From: Octopus sinensis
Lineage: Eukaryota
Reading direction: 5' to 3'
DNA length: 64,000 bases
Assembly (NCBI RefSeq): GCF_006345805.1
Contig: NC_042997.1
Location: 210,118,001 to 210,182,000, forward strand
A program made the translations under genes and the position numbers. The notes under the pieces are model-generated. The model was not told the DNA's origin, searched no databases, and worked only from the letters and a program-made list of their open reading frames with translations. Shown here piece after piece: positions 25,821-38,103 of the stretch. Numbering within the stretch: position 1 is the first letter of the stretch; each line of letters opens with the position of its first letter.

Positions 25821-28800
25821 CACGATTTATTTGTGATCAGAGTTGTTCAAAAACAGAGGTACTACTGTGCATGTGCATGGAGGGTGGGGAGATATCAGGT
25901 GTAGTGTTGGCGAATTTCAGAAGGCATGGAGGTTTTAAAGGATGCAATGTCTTGGCAGCTAACAACTAATGCTGGTAGTTTGTTCCATGCTTCAGCAACT
26001 CTGAATGTGAAAAGATATTTCCGAAAGTCATGAGAGCTGTACTGTTTCCCGACGTGTGTTAGGACACATGGGGCTCAAAAAGGTGCTCAAGGTGGTTGTT
26101 GGCACAATGGTTAATAATTTTGTGGATGTTTACCAAGTCAGTTACCAAAGGTCGGAGCTTCAATGTATCTTTGCTACTAAACAAACAATTCAGCCATCTC
26201 ACCACTGCCTTGATCTTGTTTATTGATAAGAAGTTGTTTTCTTTTCTAGAATGATCTGGCTTTTGTAGCTAAATGTTGGAAGTTGTATGGCAGGCCGACA
26301 TTCTGTATGGTGATTCGACAGGATATTGTCCAGTAAGTTTCTTTTTTTTTGTTTTTTTCTTCCTACTACATCTATCCTCATTTATCACAAGGGTTTAGTT
26401 GTGAAAAAAAATTACCATGTAAAAGCAATCGATGATAAAGAAATAACAGAACCTAGGGGTAAGCAGCTTTTGTTTTGAAACGCCCAAGGTGTCTCCTTAA
26501 CTAACCCAAATAACACCCCTAAATAGTGTTTTAAATGAGCCTAAGACATTTATCCCCCCCCCACCACGGCAATAACCCCCTCCTCAATGATAATACCCAC
26601 TAAGGACAACAGATGATGATTTAAAACTCAATATATTGGAGAAGGGGTAATCGTCTTAGGGGGTAGTTGTCGTTGGGGGGAATTGTCCTATGGGGAGTAG
26701 TTGTCCTGATATGGTTTTTAACACATATAATCCTTTCTACTGGGATCACAAGGCCTCAAATTTGGGGGGAGGGATTAAGTCAATTACATTGACTCCAGTG
26801 TGTAACTGGTACTTATTTAATTGACCTCGGCAGAATTTGAACACAGAACATAAAGATGGATGAAATACCACTAAGCATTTTGTCCAGCGTGCTAACGATT
26901 CTGCCAACTCACTGCCTTGTTTTAAACACATTTGACGTAACTGTTTAATGGCTAGAATAACATTTAGAGTAAAATATGATCGGTAAATAATAAAAGATAA
27001 AAGTGAAAAATATATTCAATTAGTTGGATCCATATTAGAACCCATCATCATCATGATTTTCCATCTATTTTCTGTGCTGACATGGGTTGGATAATTTGAG
27101 AAGACCCAACGGCCTAAAGGACCATGTTTTGTTCTAGTGTTTTCAGTTTTGGTATGATGGGTTGGACGGTTCGACCGGGGTCTGGTAAGCCATGCAGGCT
27201 GCACCAGGCTCCAGTCTGATTTGGCAGTGTTTCTACATGGTTAGATGCCCTTCCCAGCACCAACCACTTTACATCCTGTGTATTGGGTGCAGTTTTCATG
27301 GCACAAGCATTATAGAGGTAGCCGTGCTGTCTGCAGGACTAAACAGTCTTCTCAACATTGCATTGTCACTCCACTTAAGGAGTTTGCTGTTAGTCTGGAG
27401 GTGGATGTCCAGGTTGTTAAGAAACGGGAGGATTAGTGGTTAGTAACAACCTTTCAACCCTGGCAAGATCAATCAAACTTGTGTCTGTAAGTATGAAGCA
27501 GGATTCTTGTCTTTGTGCCCTTCCTAACGCCAACCACTCCAAGTGTATAGTGAGAATATTCTTTCTTTTATGTGCCACCGTCATGGATGTCATTGACCTA
27601 ACATTGATGCCAGTATCAGGTTAATGGCACCTATGCCAGTGGTACATAAAAATCACCCACTACGCTCTTGGAGTGGTTGGTGTTAGGAAGGGCATCCAGC
27701 CGTAGAAACTTTGCCAAATCAGATCAGAACCTGGTGCAGCCTCCTGGTTTACCAGTTTTCAGTCAAACTGTCCAACCCATGCCAGCATGGAAAGCAGACA
27801 TTAAATGATTATTACGATGATGATGCCATTTATATGAGTTCTAGGTCTGAAGTATCACTTGGTGAACCTGTGAAACCACCAAAGAAAAAGTCTTTCAAAT
27901 TGTTTGGTCTTACCTTCTCACCTGATCTTTCTTGGGGTTCTTACATACTTGGTTGGTCTACTTCTTGTAAAGTTGGGTTATTGTATAGGTCAAAGGACTA
28001 CCTCACATTCAAGGCCTTCTCGTGTCTTTACAAATAATTCATCCTTATATGGAATGTTGTTGTTATATTGGGGGCAGATGCACCATCTTATCACTTGGAT
28101 CTCCTTGACCAGGTTCAGAAGCAGGTCCCTAATTTGATTGGTACCTCTCTAGCTTCAACTCTGCAACCCTAGTTACATCAACATCACCAGTCTTCGCCAT
28201 CACTGTCACAGAAGAAAATGCTTTGATTAACTTTCTCTCTCCCGTAATTCCAAATCCACTTTGTGCTATCTCACCTCACTCAAAACTCCCTGCATCTCCA
28301 TCCAAATGCTGTTATACACAAGTAAGCAAGTCCTCCTTCTAGGGTTGTAGCTTTTCCACTCACACTGCCAGATTTTTGGAACTCTCTTCCAACTCATTGT
28401 TTACTCCCACTTCTTACAACTTGAACTGTTTCAAGCCTCAAGTAATTTCATTCCTTTCATCTTAATTTCTTCTTCTTCTTCTTCTTCTCAGTCCCTTACA
28501 CTAAGTGGCTTCTCACCTTGTTTGGGACTTTCTAATAGAAAACAATTTTAAATATACTTTCTACATTGAAACTCCGACGTCTGGCAGCTGACTTGACAGA
28601 CACCTATAAAATTATTAACCATCTTACTAACAATAACTCAGAACTTTTTCAAACTCCACCCGTCTAACACCCATGGACATGTTTACAAAGTCAGAAAACA
28701 GCACAATTCCTTCCATGACTTCAGGAAACATTTTTTCACGCTGAGAGTTGCTGAAGCATGGAACAAACTGCCGGCATCAGTTGTTAGTTGTCGGGGCACT

Positions 28801-31800
28801 GCATCCTTCAAAACTTCCATGCTTTCTGAGATTCGCCAACACTACACCTGATTTCCTCCCCTCCATACACACACAAGCATGTATCCGACTCATACACTGT
28901 TCACTTCCCAGACATTTTTACATTACTGCATATGCTTCATATGCTCTTGTGACAGGTTGTGGTGCACCTGAGCACTGTATACAATAACTTCATTATTATT
29001 TTTATATTCAGTGTGCACATTTGAAACAGCCTCAAATTAAAGTAGCCATCTTGTATTATATTAAATGTATGTACACCATTGAAAGGCATAATGTTCCAGT
29101 TTCTGTAGGAGAGAAAATCTTTACAGAGACATGAGTTAAAACACAATATATGACTCATGAGAACGTCTGATTCATTTTGGCCAGCGCCACCTGACTGGCA
29201 TCCGTGTCGGTGACACGTAAAAGCATCAACCGATCGTGGCCGTTTGCCAGCCTTCTCTGGTTCCTGTGCCGGTGGCACGTAAAAAGCACCCACTACACTC
29301 ACGGAGTGGTTGGCGTTAGGAAGAGCATCCAGCTGTAGAAACATTGCCAGATCAGACTGGAGCCTGGTGCAGCCTCCTGGCTTCCAGACCCCAGTCAAAG
29401 CGTCCAACCCATGCCAACATGGAAAACGGACGTATGATGATGATGATGATGACGATGACGACTAACTGTATAAACATCATTGAATATATATATATATACA
29501 AGAGGAGTCCTCAAAAACACCTGGCTTTCAGGGTATCACACAAGGCCTGGCTGCAAGCCCAACCTTCTCAGTTCTTTTTACAGGGCTTTAAAAAACTGAA
29601 GGACCGCTGCAATAAGTGTGTGAATCTGAGAGGGGAATATGTTGAAATAAAATCATAATTAACCGATCGCAGGAGTGGCTGTGTGGTAAGTAGCTTGTTT
29701 ACCAACCACATTGTTCCGGGTTCAGTCCCACTGCGTGGCACCTTGAGCAAGTGTCTTCTACTATAGCCTCGGGACGACCAAAGCCTTGTGAGTGGATTTG
29801 GTAGACGGAAACTGAAAGAAGCCCATCGTGTATATGTATATATATATACATACATATATGTGTGTGTGCATTTGTGTGTCTGTGTTTGTCCCCCTAGCAT
29901 TGCTTGACAACCGATGCTGGTGTGTTTATGTCCCCGTCGCTTAGCGGTTCAGCAAAAGAGACCGATAGAATAAGTACTGGGCTTACAAAGAATAAGTCCT
30001 GGGGTCGAGTTGCTTGACTAAAGGTGGTGCTCCAGCATGGCCACAGTCAAATGACTGAAACAAGTAAAAAAGAAAAAAGAAAGAAAGATCCTCCTGTAAT
30101 TTCTTTTACCCAAGCCAGGAACTTTTCAACACCCCCACTCTTGTGTGTGTGTATAATATATATATATGTGTATGTTGTTTTAACTCAACTTGTCTATAGA
30201 GAGGTTTGCTCTCAGATGAAAACTACAACATCATACCATTCAATGGTGTATATACATCAAGAATGATACACAGAAGGCTATACTCTTTTACTTGTTTCAG
30301 TCATTTGACTGTGGCCATGCTGGAGCACCACCTTTAGTCAAGCAACTCGACCCCTGGACTTATTCTTTTGTAAGCCCAGTACTTATTCTATCGGTCTCTT
30401 TTGCCGAACCGCTAAGTAACGGAGACATAAACACACCAGCATCGGTTGTCAAGCAATGCTAGGGGGACAAACACAGACACACAAATGCACACACACATAT
30501 ATATACATATATATATATACACATATATATATATACATATATACGACGGGCTTCTTTCGGTTTCCATCTACCAAATCCACTCACAAGGCTTTGGTCGGCC
30601 TGAGGCTATAGTAGAAGACACTTGCCCAAGGTGCCACGCAGTGGGACTGAACCTGGAACCATGTGTTTGGTAGACAAGCCACTTACCACACAGCCACTCC
30701 TACTAGATACCATTTTTTTTTTTTTTTTTTTTGTGGCACTGGTGGGGTTGCTGTGTATCTTGCAAATCAAATGAGAGCTTCTATGGTGGATGGAAACAAT
30801 TTACTGTTGTGAGAAGATGGAAAGTATAACGGTGATGCCTAAAAGACCCAAGATTCCTGAGTGGTCACCCATTTAAGTACTAAGTAGGCTCAGCATTGCT
30901 TAGATTCAAAGATTAAAAGAGAATCAATATTTGACAAGGCTTTAAAGTAAATACGTAGTAGGGAAGGAACAAAGTTCCAAAAATCTATTTTCGGTTTCAA
31001 CTGAAGAACTTTTGGATAATATTCTCCACTGTGTTCCAATAGTTGGCACCAAATTCTATGGCTTGTTTCCTTACTCTTTCAGGAACGGCGATTTCAATTG
31101 CTTTTTGGATCTCTTATCTGAATTAAAAAGAGGTGGCTGTAGTGGCCTTCGAGTACGGTTTGGAAGGCTTCAGGTAAATGGTTTCCTATTTCATGTTGTG
31201 TAGTGTTGTTAATTCATTAATATGTTTCAGCAGCAGCAAGTATCTGTTTTCTATTCTGTGTTTTTTTCTTTTTTTTTCAATTAATTAGTGAAGTTGTTTT
31301 TCCGGAACACCATTGTTTCTTCCTTCACAACAAGTCAGAGACATTTCTACAGGGTCACTTCTCTTGCAAAAAAAAGCAGCTAAATGTCTATCATCATCAT
31401 CATCATCATCATCATCCTTGGTTTAACTTTTCCATGCACACATTATTACCTTTTCAATGGCCATTCTCTTGCGATTGGCTTTTGGTGAAGGAGGAGTATT
31501 GATATTGCTACTTTCCTCTGAGTTCCTTGCTGTGATATAGGTCCATCTGGGGTCTTGGACAGCATGTGTTAATCACCAGCTAGTGATTAACACACACTGA
31601 GGAAGAGTAACCACCCAGAAACTCGAGTCCGTGTGTATCATGTAAGGGTGGTGATGGGAGCGATGACCTCCCCTTGCAAATACTAACCAGACACAGAATG
31701 TGTGTCATGAGCCAGGTGGAAGAGATGTCTTCCTGGGGCTATAAATGTCAGTAGCACTGTCCTGTATAGGACGCCACACTTGGTTGGCAGTTGTATGTTA

Positions 31801-34800
31801 CAATTTCGTATTGCTACTGTTTATATCTTGCTCAGAAATTTAATATAGTATATATATACATATATATATTGGGTTATCTGGAAAGTTCATGCCGATTTAT
31901 CGTAGCTTACTTTCGACTTATTTTAGAACATGGTTGAGTCCATAAAATAGGATTTGACTACGCCTCCATTTAGAGCACAGTTTAAGCTATCTTTTCGTGG
32001 AAGAAGGTTTATGTTCCTATAACCTGTGTTAATTCTGTAACCCTTTAAAATGGAAGATAAGAAAGTTCATTTTCGGTACTTGATATTTCAACAATTCTTG
32101 TTGAAATATTCTCAACTCTGTTAAAGTACTCAATCATCTGGCTTATGAAATGGTTCAAATAAACCAGAATGCAGTCCGAAGGTAGCATCAAGAAAATTCA
32201 CTAAACCACATTCAAAAGGGTTAAGAATTGTTTCTCTATTATATATTTTAACCCATTTATTTTTACTATATTTCTGTTGAGATGCTCTGTGTTTCTTTCA
32301 ATTACTTTAATTATAACAAAGAATTTAGTAAAATAAGTTCATTATCATTAAGCTGGTGTTAGGAACATAAATTGTGACTAAAGTTTGGTGGAAGATTTTA
32401 ATTCAAAACTTATGAAAACAAGACATTTGTACTTAGAGCCAGAGGTGGTTTCAGCTGGGTTGGTACCAAAAGGGTTAAGAATTGTTTCTCTATTATATAT
32501 TCTATTATCATATTTCTGTTGAGATGCTCTGTGTTTCTCTCAATTAATTTTAAATATAACAAAGAATTTAGTAAAATAACGTAGTCATCATTAAGCTAGT
32601 ATTAGGAACATAAATTGTGACTAAGGTTTGGTGGAAGATTTTCATTCAGAACTTATGAAAACAAGACATTTGTACTTAGAGCCAGAGGTGGTTTCAGCTG
32701 GGTTGGTATCAAAAGGGTTAAGAATTGTTTCTCTATTATATATTCTATTATCATATTTCTGTTGAGATGTTCTGTGTTTCTTTCAATTACTTTAAATATA
32801 ACAAAGAATTTAGTAAAAAGACTTCATTACCATTCAGCTAGTGTTAGGAACATAAATTGTGACTAAGGTTTGGTGGAAGATTTTAATTCAAAACTTATGA
32901 AAACAAGACATTTGTACTTAGAACCAGAGGCGGTTTCAGCCATAATGGTATGAAAAGGGTTAATGACATGTTATTGAATTTAATATTGATTTAGCTCTTA
33001 ATTATTATGGATATATTCTTTAATGTTTGAACACCAATTCCCTTAATGGGGACACACACACACAGCTAAGTGTGTGTATATGTCTAAACATATTTCTACA
33101 TAAACACCTGTCTCTGACACCGTATCTAATTAGTGCCACCATTCATTCCTATAATATTTCAGCATATTACAGCCTTGCAGTTTTGATGTCTTAATTCTGC
33201 TCATCGATACCTCTAGACTACAATATCTACATGTGTGTTTTATCTCACCTTTAGGCAATGATATCCTCTGCATGCATTGAACATTTGGACTTCCTACATG
33301 TGCTCGATGACTTGGAGATTTTCCAACCATTTCAAGAGAAACCTTCTTCTCTGAACATTTCCAACATGTTGGCAATCCCACCTCCCGCTCATGTAGAAGA
33401 AGAAGAAGCAGACATAAAGGTAAATATGTATCCATGGTTGTTTTATTTTTAACATTATAGGCACAGGAGTGGCTGTGTGGTAAGAAGCTTGCTTCCCAAT
33501 CACATGGTTCTGGGTTCAGTCCCACTGCGTGGCACCTTGTGCAATTGTTTTCTACTATAGCCCCAGGCTGACCAAAGCCTTGTGAGTGGATATGGTAGAC
33601 GGAAACAGAAAGAAGCCCATCATGCGTGTGTGTGTGTGTATTTGTGTGTCTGTGTTTGTCCCCCCAACATCGCTTAACAACTGATGCCGGTGTGTTTACA
33701 TCCCCGTAACTTAGCGGTTCAGCAAAAGAGACCGATAGAATAAGTACTAGGCTTACAAAGAATAAGTCCTGGGGTCGATTTGCTGACTAAAGGCGGTGCC
33801 CCAGCATGGCCGCAGTCAAATGACTGAAACAAGTAAAAGAATAAAAGAAAGAATTGTCATTTGTCAGTAATTCTAATTATTTCCTTAACGAACATTATAT
33901 ACCAAGATGTGTTATATGCAAAAAGAGTCTCTGGCTTCATAACAACTTCTACATATTTCTACCATTGGCAAAGATATGGAATCCCATTTACATTATTCTC
34001 ATCCGTATCCCTTAAATTATACAGTGTTTGTTCCTCATTAACCCTTTTGTTACTAAATTTCTGTTGAGATGCTCTGTGTTTCTTTCAATTACTTTAAATA
34101 TAACAAAGAATTTAGTAAAATAACTTATCATTAAGCTAGTGTTAGGAACATAAATTGCGATTAAGGTTTGGTGGAAGATTTTAATTCAAAACTTATGAAA
34201 ACAAGACATTTGTACTACAGAGCCAGAGGTGGTTTCAGCCAGGTTGGTATCAAAAGGGTTAAGAATTGTTACTCTGTTATATATTTTAGCCCTTTTTTTA
34301 CCATATTTCTGTTGAGATGCTCTGTGTTTCTTTCAATTAATTTTAGATATAACAAAGAATTTAGTAAAATAACTTAGTTATCATTAAACTAGTGTTACAA
34401 ACATAAATTGTGACTAAGGTTTGGTGGAAGATTTTAATTCAGAACTTTTAAAAACAATGCATTTGTGCTACAGAGCCAGAGGCAGTTTCAGGCGGGTTGG
34501 TATCAAAAGGGTTAAAAGGTTTCCAGTAATTCTTTTAGAACTATTTTTCTTGTTTTTATTTTCCTTTCCTTTACCTGTTTTGCAGGATTACAAAAACATT
34601 TCAACCCCTGAACTAGCAAAGATGTTGCGGTATTCTGAGACGACCAGCAGGACTCTAAAGATTCTTAACATCCTGTTGAACAAGGAAGGAATGGATTATC
34701 GCATTGAGGAGTATACAATAAAGGAGAGACTGGAGCGTACTCTCCTTATTGCCGGCAACAAGAGGCAGTGGGCTCACGTCAGGCTGTGTGCCGCTCTTCT

Positions 34801-35090
34801 TGGTAAAGTTGTTGATAGTCTGGCGCCATCGATAACATCTGTATTGGTACGAGGAAAACAGGTAAGGGCTTGCTTCAGTGTCAGATGACAACTTTCACGC
34901 TCTTTCGTTTATTTTATTTCATGCTAGTCATTACCCATTGCTATACTGCCGGGTAACGACCCAGTCAAATGGAAATAGGTCCTGCAGCAAAAGCCGACTG
35001 CAATGTTCACATTGACAGGTTCAACAACAACCTGTTTTTTTTTTCTTGAAACAAATTTTAATCCTATCTTTCACATACACACACACACAC

Positions 35091-35125
<35 letters not shown>

Positions 35126-35372
35126 ATCTTTTCTCCTCTCCTTCTTCTAAATAAACATGTCTATATGTTGAAAGACACACACACACACACACTCACACAC
35201 ACACAAACAACCAAAAATATAACTATATGTATTATGTACATGTAGTTATAATTTTGAAGTCTGTGTTGTGTTGACAGACTTGCACTTAAAATTCCCACGT
35301 TTTGAATCAAAACTTGTTAAATACTTGTGACATCACCACCCACCTAGCTATCTATCTCTCTGTCTTTCACTT

Positions 35373-35404
<32 letters not shown>

Positions 35405-37768
35405 CCTCCCTCAGCAACAACTTTTTCTCCCCTTCTAAATATACATTGTGACAGGGGTTATTTCCTCTTTTGAGTCCTTCCCTTCTTGTCTCCTTCTAAT
35501 AGATACTGTGACAGACAGACAGATCAATTTCTCTTTTATAATATAAAACTGGAATCGGAGAGCAGTAGCGTCATTGGTTACTAATTCCCAATTGATAAAT
35601 TACTGGTTCACTGAATTTCTGAGTGTCAAGGGAGCATCCATGACTCAATAATGAGCATTTATGTCAAAGGACCTCATCTATAAAGCACCAATTTCTGCAT
35701 GTGTTTATATTACTACGTGTACCCACACACATTTACACAAACAAGTACACACACACATACACACACACACACATGTAATACATATATATTGTATTATATT
35801 GAAAGGTTGAGTAAACTTATATTAAAAACAAAAAGTCATGGATGCTCCCTTGACACTTAGAAATTCATTATGGAGAAAAGATAGAATGGAATATTTTTAT
35901 CAAAATATGCTACCGGTTTCAATCCCTGTTAAATGACACTTTAGTCATTCTGCAATAAGGGTGGGGGCGGGATATATTTGAATAAATTAAATTAATCTTT
36001 CATTATATCAGTTCTTTTATTATTGTTCCTCACCACGTTTCTTTTGGTTGGCCACATTTTCTTTTACCAAAACAATCCTGACAATTAAGTTCAGTTTATA
36101 GCGACAGACTCGACCCAGCCATTTCCATCTCCTTGCTGCTTCAATAGTTTCTCTTTTTGGTTTTACATTAGCCGTGATGTGTAGTTGGCTATTCAAAATC
36201 ATATTCGGCCAGTCAACCTTCAAAATATTTTCATAAACATTTATTTTGAAAAACCTCCAGTTTCTTTTCAATACTTTTGGTTGTTTTCCAACATTCAGGG
36301 CTTTTGTAAAATCATATTTTGGTACTCTTGCTGAGAACTGATGATTCCCATATTGAATTTAACAGAAGGTTAACAATGAAACAAGCTGTCAAGGATGCTT
36401 TCAGGGTTAGAAGGTGGAATGGTCTTGCTGTTTCCGCAAGTGCCACAAGGTACAATGAGAACTGAATGTGTGAATGAATGATATCTATTTTGGAAATTCA
36501 CATGTAGCTAGTATTTAGTTTCCTTCTGTTTGCTGCTGGGTCAGAGTAGTAGCAGCAGATTCCATCCAAAAAGACTAAGATTCAGAAATGACTTGATACA
36601 AGAAAAAGTAAAATGAATAAAATAGATTTATTATTGTTTCAATGCTTATATAAACATTGTATAATCGTTCATTTCTGTTTCAGCCTTCTTTTTTACAGGG
36701 TGTCCGTAAAGTAACTCTACAGTTAGGCTGAAAACAACTCTATGATACGGTTGCTGAAGCATTAGTAAGAAGCCCAAAGAAATCAATTCGCCGTGGTAGT
36801 TCAGAAACTGGTATCAAACGAACGTCACTACATAAAATACTTACAATGCTCAATATGAGACCTTACATTCTGCGCCTAATCCACGGCCTCCTGGAGGATG
36901 GTCCTGATTGTAGGTCTTGATTTTGCAAACAGTTTGTAAGTCAGAGGAAGCCAAGGAATATTGAAGATCTTTGCCAGTTCATTATTGATGCATTTGCCAA
37001 CCTTGATCCAGACTTGTGTACCAAAGTTTGTCACAGTGGGCTTTCACGTTGTTCAGAATGCATTAAAGCTGATGGCTTACAATTTGAACATTTATCATAA
37101 CTAAGTGAAATCGAAAACCGAAATCAAATTTGATGACAGGCATCCGTGCTAGTGGAGCACTAAGAGCACCATCCAAGCATGATCGTTGCCAGAGCAACGA
37201 ACTGGCTTCCGTGCCAGTGGCATGTAAAAAGCACCATTTAAGCATGATCGTTACCAGCATCGCCTTACTGACACATGAAAAGACATTTGAGCGAGGTTGA
37301 TGCCAGTGCCACTGGACTGGCTCCAATGCAGGTAACACGTAAAAAACACCATTTGAGCATGGCCATTGCCAGTACCGCAGTACCGCCTGACTGGCCCTCA
37401 TGCCGATGGCATGTAAAAGCACCCACTACACTCTGAGTGGTTGGCGTTAGGAAGGGCATCCAGCTGTAGAAACTCTGCCAGATCAGATTGGAGCTTGGTG
37501 CAGCCTTCCGGCTCACCAGTCCTCGGTCAAACCGTCCAACCCATGCCAGCATGGAAAGCGGATGTTAAACGATGATGATCATCATCATGTAGTAGTAAAT
37601 GAAATGGATTGTCTACGTTGTTAGAATATTTTCTGATGTTATACATAAATTTTCTGAAAATCTCTTCAGTCCAACCAAGATATTTCTTTATTACAAAAAA
37701 CTGTAGAGTAATATTACGGACACCCCACCATTTGTATCCAACCGTATCTGTATGTATTCAACATCTGT

Positions 37769-37810
<42 letters not shown>

Positions 37811-38055
37811 GCTGACCACGATTCCTTAGATAACTGTTGGTGTGTTTGGTCAGAAGGAACACATTCTGGACAAGCCAATTCCTCCGGGAGAGATCAAAGA
37901 AATGATCTTCTCCTCCTGCAAGGAATTCAACATCTCAGAGTCAGTACTTCAACAGGAGATCATCATCAACATTGGCAAATTAATTTCTACCTCACCACAA
38001 TTCTTTGAAGGAATTCTCAGGATTAGAATTGGGTAAACTACCTCTTCTTACACCT

Positions 38056-38103
<48 letters not shown>

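Noticed and set aside
31503-31818. tattgctact direct repeat as a TSD or unit boundary of the hammerhead-bearing repeat
   Set aside because: Homology with the 18187 copy continues past the second repeat, and the sequences after the two repeats differ, so it is probably coincidental
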